Assembly (NCBI GenBank): GCA_024244705.1
Contig: JAAEOK010000033.1
Span: 20,534-84,533, forward strand
Source: Alphaproteobacteria bacterium
GTDB taxonomy: Bacteria > Pseudomonadota > Alphaproteobacteria > JAAEOK01
Length of the DNA: 64,000 nt
Direction: 5' to 3'
Shown here piece after piece: positions 1 to 9,120 of this stretch. The position numbers and the translations under genes are program-made. Position 1 is the first letter of the stretch, and every line of letters begins with the position of its first letter. A model generated the notes under the pieces. It saw only the letters and a program-made list of their open reading frames with translations, had not been told where the DNA came from and did no database searches.

Positions 1-588
1 ATTCGCGACCTCTGCCGGCCCGGGCTCGAGCCGGCGTCGCTCGCCGTCGAGGCCGGCGAGGCGGTCGCCATCGTCGGCCGCTCGGGGGCCGGCAAATCCT
101 TGCTGCTCCGCGCCATCGCCGATCTCGACCCCAACCGGGGCCGCGTCTCGCTCGACGGGCAAAGGCGCGAGACCTGGAGCGGCCCGGAATGGCGGCGGCG
201 TGTCGCCTACCTCGCCGCCGAGGCCGGCTGGTGGGCGGACGACGTCGGCCGCCATTTCGCCGACCGCGAGGTGGCGGCGCCGTGGCTGGCCGCCCTCGGC
301 CTGCCGGCGGAGGCCATGGGCTGGCAGGTGACACGGCTCTCGACCGGCGAGAAGCAGCGCCTGGCGCTGGCCCGGCTGCTCGCCGGCGGGCCGGCCGTCC
401 TGCTCCTCGACGAACCGACCTCGGCGCTCGATCCCGACAGCGTCGCCGCCGCCGAGGCCGTCCTCCGCGACCGGCTCGCCGACGGCATCGCCATCGTCTT
501 CACCACCCACGACCGCGCCCAGGCCGGCCGGCTCGCCGGGCGCACGCTGACCATGGACGCGGGGCGGCTCTACGAGGCCGAGCCATGA
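1..588 (+). CDS. fetA: ABC transporter ATP-binding protein, FetA/YbbL-like (5' end lies outside window)
   Basis: Frame 1 is open from base 1. My translation gives Walker A GRSGAGKS at nt 76-99. The 100..588 ORF then shows the ABC signature LSTGEKQR and Walker B LLLDEP. The stop overlaps the permease start (ATGA at 585-588). Confidence 0.85.
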   Translation: MRDLCRPGLEPASLAVEAGEAVAIVGRSGAGKSLLLRAIADLDPNRGRVSLDGQRRETWSGPEWRRRVAYLAAEAGWWADDVGRHFADREVAAPWLAALGLPAEAMGWQVTRLSTGEKQRLALARLLAGGPAVLLLDEPTSALDPDSVAAAEAVLRDRLADGIAIVFTTHDRAQAGRLAGRTLTMDAGRLYEAEP

Positions 589-1394
589 GCTATATCGAAC
601 TCGGCACGATCGATGTCGCCCTCGCCGCCCTGCTGCTGATCGTCAATGCCGGCCTGTCGATCTGGCTCCGGCTCGGCCTCGCCTGGCAGATCGCCATCGC
701 CGGCGCCCGGATGGTGGTGCAGTTGGTACTGCTCGGGCTGGTGCTCAATTTCCTCTTCACCCAGGTGTCGCCGGCCTGGACCCTGCTCGCCGCCGCGATC
801 ATGGTCGGCTTCGCCGGTTACGAGGTCACCGCGCGCCAGCGACGGTCGCTGTCCGGCCTGTGGACCTACGGTATCGGCACGACGACGATGCTGGCCGCCG
901 CCGGCCTGATCACGGTTCTTGCCCTGACCACCATGGTCCGGCCCGAGCCGTGGTACGATCCGCGTTACGCCCTGCCGCTGCTCGGCATGATCTTGGGCAA
1001 TGCGATGACCGGCATCGCGCTCGGCCTCAACGCGCTGTTCACCATGGCGGCGCGCGAGCAGGCGGCGATCGAGGCCCGGCTGTGTCTCGGCGCCGACCGC
1101 TGGACCGCGCTCCACCACGTCACCCGCGAGGCGCTGCGCAGCGGCATGATCCCGATCCTCAATTCGATGGCGGCGACCGGCGTCGTCGCCATCCCCGGCA
1201 TGATGACGGGACAGGTGCTGGCCGGGGTGGCGCCGCTCGACGCGGTCAAGTATCAGTTGCTGATCATGTTTCTGATCGCCGGGGTCGTCGGCATCGGCAC
1301 CACCGGCGCGGTCTATCTCGGCGCCTGGCGGCTCACCGACGAGCGCCACCGCCTGCGTCTCGACCGCCTGCGCGCGGCGGATTCCGCTGGATAA
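585..1394 (+). CDS. fetB: Iron export ABC permease FetB/YbbM (UPF0014 family)
   Basis: 269-aa multi-pass membrane protein. Blocks LPLLGMILGNAMTGIALGL and AIPGMMTGQVLAGVAPLDAVKYQLLIMF match what I recall of E. coli FetB. It is translationally coupled to fetA. Confidence 0.85.
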   Translation: MSYIELGTIDVALAALLLIVNAGLSIWLRLGLAWQIAIAGARMVVQLVLLGLVLNFLFTQVSPAWTLLAAAIMVGFAGYEVTARQRRSLSGLWTYGIGTTTMLAAAGLITVLALTTMVRPEPWYDPRYALPLLGMILGNAMTGIALGLNALFTMAAREQAAIEARLCLGADRWTALHHVTREALRSGMIPILNSMAATGVVAIPGMMTGQVLAGVAPLDAVKYQLLIMFLIAGVVGIGTTGAVYLGAWRLTDERHRLRLDRLRAADSAG

Positions 1395-1439
1395 CGACGG
1401 CGACGGCAGCAGGTGCCAATATCCGACTGACGCCCGGGT

Positions 1440-2580
1440 GACAGCGCCCGAAGCTAAGCTGGTGATTTCAGGCTGAGAACAAACCGCAGGCAACGTGGAT
1501 TGCGTTCTCCGCGTTACTTAAACATCGGGTTCTTGGCCAACCAAACCCTAAATTCCTCCACCAAGTCTTGCCGCGCGTACTTTCTCAGACTTTCGACAAA
1601 CTCGTCCAGCTGCCGCAACACCAGTTCGCCATAGTAATACACGATCAGATTATCCTTCACCTCACCCATGCGGCGTGCATACGTGGAGCAGGTCGCGACC
1701 GGACGTTTTTTCGTATCCAGTACGGAGAACTCATTTTGATTTAACATAGGGCCGTCCAGCAATACCGAAAGGTCCCGACCAGACTCGTTTATGTGGCGGC
1801 GCATTTCGTCAATAAACAGCCGAAAAAAAACAACGGGTTTGAAGACGTTAAATTCAGGTGGGTAAGATTCGTAACGTTGGTTGATGAGCTTGCTTGCATG
1901 AGCCTCAAACTTGAAAAACACGCTGAACTTCTCGACGGCGTAATGTGAGATAATGCTGACGCGAAAAAAGTTCTCATTGGTCTCAGGCTTTGGAAAGCCG
2001 TAGTCGATTGCATGGTCATGTATCCAAACGTCCTCGTCCTGTTTGATACGTCCCATAGTCGCGAGGCTGACCATTTTGATTGCCGGATGGAGCTCCTCCA
2101 TTCCCACCGCGAATTTCTCCCGAAAATCCGCATATTTTATGGGCTCCAGGAAAACAGGAATGTCACAATCCTCCAGTAGACATGGGATGACTTTGATGCC
2201 CTTGTCCTTCAATTGCCTGTTGAGGGCGACCTCTAGTTCCTTTTTGACCCAAGGTGATTGGACTGAATTTTTTGAAAGGAGAACCAATAGATAAGACGAC
2301 TCAATGATTCCATCTGAAATTTTCTCAATCAGCGAATCGCCAGGCAATATCTCCCACGAGTCTAGCCAAATTTCGTGGCCGGCCTTTAGCAATTCTTTGC
2401 CTATCTTATGGGCCTGAGACCTGTCAGAACGATTGTGGCTGATGAAGACTCGCGCACGAACCAGCGGTTCCCCCATTCCTCACTCCTCTGAGCGACATTT
2501 GTGCGTGGTGATCCTGCCGATAATCCCAGCGATTTATGTCCTGATCCATTCAGATCGAGAATATCGGTCCTCGCCCGATG
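1440..2580. other. Low-GC islet (probable horizontal acquisition) carrying a single TIR gene
   Basis: Hand count of line 1801-1860 gives 23/60 GC (38%), against 40/60 (67%) for line 601-660 in fetB. The drop begins just after the fetB stop and ends near 2580, where GC returns to about 60% or more. Confidence 0.65.
1514..2476 (-). CDS. TIR domain protein (N-terminal TIR, about aa 8-125) with an unrecognised ~190-aa C-terminal domain
   Basis: TIR hallmarks are present: beta-A strand RVFISHNRSD (aa 9-18), BB-loop-like WEILPGDSL (aa 41-49), and SPWVKKELEVAL (aa 74-85) with the conserved Trp76 and Glu80 at the position of the NADase catalytic Glu. GAGGAG Shine-Dalgarno lies 6 nt upstream of ATG 2476. 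AT-rich codon usage is unlike the neighbours. No TM segment or signal peptide. Confidence 0.8.
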   Translation of the reverse strand: MGEPLVRARVFISHNRSDRSQAHKIGKELLKAGHEIWLDSWEILPGDSLIEKISDGIIESSYLLVLLSKNSVQSPWVKKELEVALNRQLKDKGIKVIPCLLEDCDIPVFLEPIKYADFREKFAVGMEELHPAIKMVSLATMGRIKQDEDVWIHDHAIDYGFPKPETNENFFRVSIISHYAVEKFSVFFKFEAHASKLINQRYESYPPEFNVFKPVVFFRLFIDEMRRHINESGRDLSVLLDGPMLNQNEFSVLDTKKRPVATCSTYARRMGEVKDNLIVYYYGELVLRQLDEFVESLRKYARQDLVEEFRVWLAKNPMFK

Positions 2581-2587
2581 CGACCAC

Positions 2588-2773
2588 TCAATCACCACGA
2601 CGCTGCAGCTCGGCCTTGACCTCGTCGTGGGGGACGGTGCGCCCGGCCTCGATGTCGGCCATCCCCGCCTCTATTTTCTGCTTCGCATAGAGCTCATACA
2701 TGATGTCGTCCCACGTCGCCTGGTCCGGCAATTGGTCGATCACCCGGCGGGCGGCATCCTTGGCGCTTGGCAT
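2588..2773 (-). CDS. Small antitoxin-like protein (61 aa) with no cognate toxin gene
   Basis: The sequence DQLPDQATWDDIMYELYAKQKIEAGMADIEAGRTVPHDEV resembles short proteins I have seen paired with RelE/ParE-type toxins. GGAG lies upstream of ATG 2773. It is on the same strand as the TIR gene and 111 nt upstream of it. This family assignment comes from memory only. Confidence 0.45.
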   Translation of the reverse strand: MPSAKDAARRVIDQLPDQATWDDIMYELYAKQKIEAGMADIEAGRTVPHDEVKAELQRRGD

Positions 2774-2890
2774 CGTTGGTCACTCCATCGGTTCCGGCTC
2801 GGTGGCTCGGGCGACACGATTATAACAGATATCGGCTGCCGCGGCGCGCCACTGTCGCCGCCATCTGGAAACCGGACGACTCGCCCGCGG

Positions 2891-3427
2891 CTATTTCTTG
2901 ACCAGTTTGGCGCGCGCCGTGCGGACCCGCTCGCCGTCGCGGAAGAGAGCAAACAAGAGCTCCATGTTGCGTCCGTTGCGGGCCAGGGTACGGGCATAGC
3001 TCGACAGGCTGTAGACCCCGTCCTTGTCGACGACGAAGGTGTAGGTGGTGAGCGTCCGGCCATCGATCCGCGCCCACGACAACGGCTTGTCGTCGAACGG
3101 GTCGGTGCCGCGCTTCTCGATGAACACGTTGGGCCGGCCGCCGGCGCGGAATGTGATCTTCGCCGCCCGCTTGACGACTTCCTGGTTCTGCGGGTCGCTG
3201 CCCTTGCGCAGGAACGTCGTCCAGGCAACGCGCACACCGTTGCCCGCCGCCGAGATGGTGACGTCGAGATCGCGTTCGGAGACGTCGAAGAAGCCGCCTG
3301 CCATGCCGCTCGATTTGCCGCTGCCGCTCCACTTTCCGTAGAACGCGCTGATCGGCAGATCGTCCGCCGCGACCGCCGGCAGCGTCATCGCCGCCACCAG
3401 CACAACCACCATCGCCAGGATCCGCAT
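2891..3427 (-). CDS. Secreted hypothetical protein
   Basis: N-terminal signal peptide MRILAMVVVLVAAMTLPAVAA. Host-like GC. No recognisable motif. Confidence 0.6.
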   Translation of the reverse strand: MRILAMVVVLVAAMTLPAVAADDLPISAFYGKWSGSGKSSGMAGGFFDVSERDLDVTISAAGNGVRVAWTTFLRKGSDPQNQEVVKRAAKITFRAGGRPNVFIEKRGTDPFDDKPLSWARIDGRTLTTYTFVVDKDGVYSLSSYARTLARNGRNMELLFALFRDGERVRTARAKLVKK

Positions 3428-3564
3428 CGCTTATCCTCCCCGTTGACCCGGCTCGGATTGTAATGCGCCAACGCCGCCGCCGCCAGGGTGCGCGGTGCGC
3501 TGCGCCAAGTGATCGAACCGTGATAGAGTGATCGGTCCTGACCGCAGTTCAAGGGGAGCCGGCG

Positions 3565-4956
3565 ATGGTCAATCCGGTCGATCGCGCGCTCGGCGATACG
3601 ACGCTGTTTCCGTTCTGGCTCGACAGCCCCGACGCGCCGTCCCCGGCACCGCCGCTGATCGGCCGCACCGAGGCCGACCTGGTTATCGTCGGCGGCGGCT
3701 TCACCGGGCTGTGGGCCGCGGTTCAGGGCAAGGAGGCCGATCCCGGCCGCGATATCGTGCTGGTCGAAGCGGGCAAGGTCGCCCACGGCGCTTCGGGCCG
3801 CCCCGGCGGCATCATCTCGACCTCGATTATGCACGGCCTATCCAACGCAGCCCGGATCTTTCCCAAGGATCTCGATGTCCTCGAACGGCTGGGCCAGGAA
3901 AACCTCGACGGTTTCGCCGCCACCCTCGAGCGTCACGGCATCGACGGCGATATCGAATGGAACGGCGAGATGACGGTCGCCGTCGATCCCGCCCACCTGC
4001 CCGACCTCGACGACGAATACGAGCTCCACAAGAAGCACGGCTACGATGTCGTCTACCTCGATCGCGCCGCGGTCCAGGCCGAGATCGCTTCGCCGCTCTA
4101 TCATGGCGCGGTGTGGTCGCGCCAACGCAGCGGCATCGTCCACCCGGCGAAACTGGCCTGGGGCCTGCGCCGGGCGGCGATCGATCTCGGCGTAAGGCTC
4201 TACGAGGACACGCCGCTGACCGGCTTGGAGCGTGACGGCGCGGCGATGGCGGTGCGCACTCACGACGGCCTGGTGCGGGCGCCCAAGGTGCTGCTCGCGA
4301 CCAACGCCTTCGCCGCCGGCGACCGCCGCATCACCCGCCGCGTCGCCGCCATTCGCGACCGCATCATCGCCACCGAGCCGCTCACCGAGGAGCAGTTGGG
4401 CCGCATCGGCTGGGTTCACCGCCAAGGCGTCTACGACACCCGCACCCAGCTCAACTACACCCGCCTGACCAAGGACAACCGCATCATCTTCGGCGGCCGC
4501 GTCGGCTACTATTTCGGCAACGATACCGACCCCGCGGCGGACCGCGACATCGCCGTCTACCGGCGCCTGGCGGAAACCTTCTTTACCACCTTCCCGCAGC
4601 TCGACGATGTCCGTTTCAGCCACGCCTGGGGCGGGCCCATCGCGCTATCGACGCGGATGGCGGTCCACTTCCAGCGCTATCACGGCGGCCGCGCGATCTG
4701 GGCCGGCGGCTATTCCGGCTTCGGCGTCTCGACCAGCCGCTTCGGCGCCCGCCTCGGCCTGGCGCTGCTCGACGACCCGGCGGCGCCCGAGCTCAAACTC
4801 GACCTCGCCACCACCCTGCCCAATTGGATACCGCCCGAGCCGTTCCGCTGGATCGGCGCCAAGATCACCATGCACGCGATCGAGGATGCGGATACACGCG
4901 GCGGCTGGCGGCGGGCCTGGGTGCGCCTGGTCCACTGGATGGGATTCCCGCTTTGA
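3565..4956 (+). CDS. FAD-dependent oxidoreductase (DAO family)
   Basis: Dinucleotide-binding motif DLVIVGGGFTGLWAA near the N-terminus. 463 aa is typical of DAO-type oxidases. SD-like AAGGGGA lies 7 nt upstream of the ATG. Confidence 0.8.
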   Translation: MVNPVDRALGDTTLFPFWLDSPDAPSPAPPLIGRTEADLVIVGGGFTGLWAAVQGKEADPGRDIVLVEAGKVAHGASGRPGGIISTSIMHGLSNAARIFPKDLDVLERLGQENLDGFAATLERHGIDGDIEWNGEMTVAVDPAHLPDLDDEYELHKKHGYDVVYLDRAAVQAEIASPLYHGAVWSRQRSGIVHPAKLAWGLRRAAIDLGVRLYEDTPLTGLERDGAAMAVRTHDGLVRAPKVLLATNAFAAGDRRITRRVAAIRDRIIATEPLTEEQLGRIGWVHRQGVYDTRTQLNYTRLTKDNRIIFGGRVGYYFGNDTDPAADRDIAVYRRLAETFFTTFPQLDDVRFSHAWGGPIALSTRMAVHFQRYHGGRAIWAGGYSGFGVSTSRFGARLGLALLDDPAAPELKLDLATTLPNWIPPEPFRWIGAKITMHAIEDADTRGGWRRAWVRLVHWMGFPL

Positions 4957-4997
4957 CAACGCCGCCGCCGATCGCAACAACGCCGTGATGCCCGACC

Positions 4998-6068
4998 ATG
5001 ACTGACGCCGCCGCCAAGTCCGATATTCTGCGTAGTCACTTCCGCTTCGTCGTCACCACCGCGATTGTGGTTGCCTTCCTCGTCGTCGCCCGGCCGCTTC
5101 TGGTGCCGTTGGCGATCGCGCTCCTGGTGTGGGGCCTGCTCAACGCCATCATCGACCGGCTGGCCGCGTTGTCCGTCGGCGGCCGGCGGCACCTGCCCCA
5201 CTGGGCAGCGGTAACGTGCGCCATCGCCCTGATCGTCGTCGCCGTCGCCGCCCTCTCCGAATTGCTGGCCAGTCAGATGGTGGCGATCGCCGCCGCCGCG
5301 CCCGACTATGCGGCCCGCGTCGACCAGCTGTTCACGCGCCTGGTCGGTCTGATCGGCAGCGGCGCGGCAGCCACCATGCAGGACGCGCTGACGCGCATCG
5401 ACTTCGCCGCCGGCGTGTCGGCGGCTGTGGGGACCGCTGGATCGATGATCCTGACCCTGGTCCTGGTCGGGCTCTATGCCGGCTTCCTGTTCGCCGAGCA
5501 GCACATCCTGCCGCGCAAGATCGCCGCGCTGTTTCCGCGGGCGGAGGAGACCGAAAACATCCACGACATCGTGATTTCGGTGGCCAGGAGCATACGCCGC
5601 TATGTTTGGATCCTGTCGGTCGCCGGGATACTGAAGGCTGCCGCTGCCTATATCCTGATGAAGGTCCTGGGGCTGGATTTCGCCGCGACCTGGGCGCTGA
5701 TCATCTTCGTCCTCAATTTCATCCCCAATATCGGCCCCTCGCTCTCGGTTCTGTTCCCGACCGCGCTGGCGCTGATCCATTTCGACAGCCTGTGGCCCGC
5801 CGCCATCGCTTTCGCCGGCCTGGCGCTGATTCAGTTCCTCATCGGCTCGGTCATCCAGCCCACGTTCATGGGCCGCTCGCTCAACCTCAGCCCGTTCATC
5901 ATCATCCTGTCGCTGGCCGCCTGGGGATTGATCTGGGGCATCGTCGGCATCTTTCTGGCGGTGCCGATCATGGCCATGGTGATGATCATCTGCGGCCACA
6001 TGCCCGATCTGCGCTGGGTCGCGGTGATGCTGTCGAAGGACGGCCGAATCGAGGCCGAGGAGGCGTAG
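4998..6068 (+). CDS. AI-2E family transporter (PerM/UPF0118)
   Basis: Multi-pass membrane protein with the characteristic FVLNFIPNIGPSLS region. Confidence 0.8.
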   Translation: MTDAAAKSDILRSHFRFVVTTAIVVAFLVVARPLLVPLAIALLVWGLLNAIIDRLAALSVGGRRHLPHWAAVTCAIALIVVAVAALSELLASQMVAIAAAAPDYAARVDQLFTRLVGLIGSGAAATMQDALTRIDFAAGVSAAVGTAGSMILTLVLVGLYAGFLFAEQHILPRKIAALFPRAEETENIHDIVISVARSIRRYVWILSVAGILKAAAAYILMKVLGLDFAATWALIIFVLNFIPNIGPSLSVLFPTALALIHFDSLWPAAIAFAGLALIQFLIGSVIQPTFMGRSLNLSPFIIILSLAAWGLIWGIVGIFLAVPIMAMVMIICGHMPDLRWVAVMLSKDGRIEAEEA

Positions 6069-6156
6069 GCCCGGAGCGGCAATCCACCGGCCCTATCGAT
6101 GCCGGCAAGGGTGCGAGCGAATTTGCCGCCGGCGCAGAATCCGCTAGGTTGGGCCC

Positions 6157-6891
6157 ATGTCCGACGACACCACGACCAGGGCCGCGCTCGTTGTCGGCGC
6201 CGGTGACTATCTCGGCGCCGCAATCGCCCGCCGTTTCGCCCGCGAAGGCTATCATGTCACCGTTACCCGACGCCGCGGCGACCTCGATGGCCTGGTGGCG
6301 GCGATCGAGGACGACGGCGGGCGGGCGACGGGGTTCCACTCCGACGCCCGCGACGAGGACCAGGTCAAGGCACTGGTGGCGGCGGTCGAGGACGATATCG
6401 GCCCGCTCGAGGTCGTCGTCTTCAACGTCGGCGGCAACGTTCATTTCCCGGTTATCGAGACGACGGCACGGGTCTACCGCAAGGTGTGGGAGATGTGCGC
6501 CTTCGCTGGCTTCCTCGTCGGCCGCGAGGCCGCCCGCCGCATGCTTGAGCGGCAGCGCGGCACCATCCTGTTCACCGGTGCCACGGCGAGCCTGCGCGGC
6601 GCCCCCGGGTTCGCCGCTTTCGCCGGCGGCAAGCATGCCTTGCGCGCGCTGGCGCAGAGCCTGGCGCGTGAACTCGGCCCCGAGGGAATCCATGTCGCCC
6701 ACGTCGTCATCGACGGCCCGATCGACACCGCGGCGACCCGTGAACTGTTCCCCCAGTGGTTCGAAACCCGGCCCGCCGACGGCGTCATGCAGCCCGACGA
6801 CCTCGCCGAGATCTATTGGCAGCTCCACGTCCAGCCGCGCACCGCCTGGACGTTCGAAACCGACGTGCGGACCTATGTCGAACCCTGGTAG
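6157..6891 (+). CDS. SDR family oxidoreductase
   Basis: Rossmann N-terminus ALVVGAGDYLGAAIARRF. 244-aa short-chain dehydrogenase layout. Confidence 0.8.
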   Translation: MSDDTTTRAALVVGAGDYLGAAIARRFAREGYHVTVTRRRGDLDGLVAAIEDDGGRATGFHSDARDEDQVKALVAAVEDDIGPLEVVVFNVGGNVHFPVIETTARVYRKVWEMCAFAGFLVGREAARRMLERQRGTILFTGATASLRGAPGFAAFAGGKHALRALAQSLARELGPEGIHVAHVVIDGPIDTAATRELFPQWFETRPADGVMQPDDLAEIYWQLHVQPRTAWTFETDVRTYVEPW

Positions 6892-6924
6892 CGAAACCAG
6901 ATCGAACCAAGAGAGGAAGCCGAC

Positions 6925-7521
6925 GTGACCAAGCAGGTGGAGTTCTATTACGACTTCGGCAGTCCGACCGCCTATCTGGCGTGGACCCAGCTGCCCGCTT
7001 TGTGCGCGCGCCACGGCACCGAATTGGTCTCCCGTCCGGTATTGCTCGGCGGCATTTTCAAGACCACCGGTAACGACACCCCGGTGCGGATCGCCGAGAA
7101 GAAGGCTTGGATGTTCGACGACATGGCGCGCTATGCGGCGCGCTATGGCGTGCCGTTCAACCCCAACCCCCTTTTCATCTTCAATACGCTGGGCCTGATG
7201 CGGGGCGCGATCTGGGCCGCCGCGGCGGGCTGCCTCGAAACTTACAATCAAGCGATGTTCGAGGCCTGCTGGGTCGACGGCCGCAACGTCGAGGATGCGA
7301 CCGAGATCGGCGCGATCCTCGGCGATGCCGGGCTCGATGCCGTCGCGCTCGGCGACGCCACCCAGCGACCGGAGATCAAAACCGCGCTCATCGAGGCCAC
7401 CGCCGCCGCGGTCGATCGCGGCGTCTTCGGCGTCCCGACCATGTTCGTCGGCGACGAGATGCATTTCGGCCAGGACCGGCTCGACTGGGTCGAACGCGCC
7501 TTGGAGGCCGAAGCGGCGTGA
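6925..7521 (+). CDS. 2-hydroxychromene-2-carboxylate isomerase family protein (DsbA-like thioredoxin fold)
   Basis: N-terminal VEFYYDFGSPTAYLAW and C-terminal GVFGVPTMFVGDEMHFGQDRL are typical of this family. GTG start at 6925 is preceded by GAGAGGA. Confidence 0.8.
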   Translation: MTKQVEFYYDFGSPTAYLAWTQLPALCARHGTELVSRPVLLGGIFKTTGNDTPVRIAEKKAWMFDDMARYAARYGVPFNPNPLFIFNTLGLMRGAIWAAAAGCLETYNQAMFEACWVDGRNVEDATEIGAILGDAGLDAVALGDATQRPEIKTALIEATAAAVDRGVFGVPTMFVGDEMHFGQDRLDWVERALEAEAA

Positions 7522-7537
7522 CCGTCGGGCCCCGCGC

Positions 7538-9094
7538 TCAGGCGATGTCGTGGGACTGTTCTTCGGCCATCCTCTTGAGCGTGACGCGGTCGACCTTGCC
7601 GGTGGCGTTCAACGGCATCTCCTTGAGCACGATGACGTCTTCCGGCGCCTTGAAGCCGACCCGTTCGCGGGCGAACCGAATCAGCTCGATGGCGGCCGGC
7701 CGCGCGACCTCGTCGCTGAGCGTGATATAGGCGCGTACGTTCTCCCCGTGCACCGCGTCGTGGATACCGACCACGCCCGCCTCGAGTACCGCCTCGTGCT
7801 CGATCAGCGCGCCCTCGACCTCCTGTGGACAGATATTGGAGCCGTCGTGGATGATGATCTGTTTCTTGCGGCCGTGGAACCACAGGTAGCCGTCGTCGTC
7901 GACCACCACCACATCCCCGGTATCGAGCCAACCGTCGCGGACGGTCTCGACGGTGGCCTCCGTATTGTCCCAATAGCCGGCCATGTTGGATTTCGATTTG
8001 ATCCACAGCCGACCCTCGGAACCGGCCGCGACCTCGTTGCCCGCGTCGTCCCGGTTCGACAGGCTGAAGCCGGCATTGAGCGCGCCGATCGATCCCGTCT
8101 TGTCGGCCGCAGTGGGCGGGTTCGCAGTCGCCAAGCCGATTTCGGTCATCCCGTACAGCTCCTCGATCGGAAAACCCACGAGCTCGGTGAACTCCTTTTC
8201 GAGCTGGTCGGACACCTTGTCGCCGCCGGAGAGGCAGAGGCGGAGCGAGGAGAATTCGCGCTCGTGGGCATTGTGATCGCGGACCAGGGTGAACAACGCC
8301 GCCGGCAGCATGCACAGGACCGTCGGCCGGTGGATATCCAATAGCGGTATCAGCTCATCGCCATCGGACGTGCGTGGCACCAAGACCCGCGCCGCGACCG
8401 AGAGCGCCGCCAACGAGAAGCTGCTGCCGCCGATATGGGAAAACGACGAGCCGGGCAGGATGGTGTCGCTGGCGCCGAGTCCGCTTGCCGCCACCGCCCC
8501 GGCGAGGAGCCAGGCGAAGGTCTCGTGGGTGTGGGTGACGCCCTTGGGCTTTCCGGTACTGCCGGAGGTGAAGAAGATGAACGCCGGATCGTCGAGGCCC
8601 GGTCTCGGCAGCGAGGTTTCGACCGGCTCGCGCTCGACCATGTCCGCCAGATCCGGGCCGCGCCCGTCGGTCGCCCCGTAGGTGATTAATCCCAGCGGCA
8701 GCGTGCCGGCGAGCTCGGACTTGGCAATGTCGTCGTCGCGCTCGGCATGGACGACAAGGGCGGACGCGCCGCTGAGGCCAAGCGCGTGATCGATCTCGGG
8801 CGCCATGTAACGATAATTGAGCGGGGTCGCCACCAACCCGGCGCGGATGCAGGCGAGATAGTGGATCACCAGCCAGGTCCGATTGGGCATCAGCGACGCC
8901 AGCCGATCGCCGGGACGCAGACCATGGGCCAGATAGTTTGCCGCCAACCGAGTCGCGGCGGCGTCGAGCTCGCGCCAGGTCCAGCCGCGCTCGGCCGAAA
9001 CCAGTGCGACCTCGTCGGGTTTGCCGGCCAGGCCCGGAGTCAGGATTTCGGTCAGGGTCAGCGGCGCTTCGAGGGGTGGTCCCGAGAGTGGCAT
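7538..9094 (-). CDS. AMP-dependent acyl-CoA synthetase/ligase
   Basis: AMP-binding signature FFTSGSTGKPKGV, downstream GWLDTGD, and the GRKKQIIIHDGSNICPQEVE block. Confidence 0.9.
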   Translation of the reverse strand: MPLSGPPLEAPLTLTEILTPGLAGKPDEVALVSAERGWTWRELDAAATRLAANYLAHGLRPGDRLASLMPNRTWLVIHYLACIRAGLVATPLNYRYMAPEIDHALGLSGASALVVHAERDDDIAKSELAGTLPLGLITYGATDGRGPDLADMVEREPVETSLPRPGLDDPAFIFFTSGSTGKPKGVTHTHETFAWLLAGAVAASGLGASDTILPGSSFSHIGGSSFSLAALSVAARVLVPRTSDGDELIPLLDIHRPTVLCMLPAALFTLVRDHNAHEREFSSLRLCLSGGDKVSDQLEKEFTELVGFPIEELYGMTEIGLATANPPTAADKTGSIGALNAGFSLSNRDDAGNEVAAGSEGRLWIKSKSNMAGYWDNTEATVETVRDGWLDTGDVVVVDDDGYLWFHGRKKQIIIHDGSNICPQEVEGALIEHEAVLEAGVVGIHDAVHGENVRAYITLSDEVARPAAIELIRFARERVGFKAPEDVIVLKEMPLNATGKVDRVTLKRMAEEQSHDIA

Positions 9095-9120
9095 AACGCA
9101 TCGTCCTTGTTCGAGCGGGC

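Noticed and set aside
570-1493. 307-aa ORF on the minus strand
   Set aside because: It is antisense to fetB, which has clear family similarity. The product is Arg/Gly/Asp-rich low complexity, typical of high-GC antisense frames.
1395-2890. Thoeris (ThsA), CBASS (CD-NTase), short pAgo/APAZ or retron partners for the TIR gene
   Set aside because: Neither flank has a SIR2, Macro, SLOG, nucleotidyltransferase, Argonaute or reverse-transcriptase ORF. The neighbours are fetB, a 61-aa antitoxin-like ORF and a secreted 178-aa protein. The gene is not assigned to any known multi-gene TIR system.
4710-7464. Long ORFs 4710..5999(-), 5129..6928(+) and 5986..7464(-)
   Set aside because: They run antisense or out of frame across four well-supported genes (AI-2E transporter, SDR, HCCA isomerase, and the end of the FAD oxidoreductase). 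Their products are Arg/Pro/Gly-rich with no motifs.
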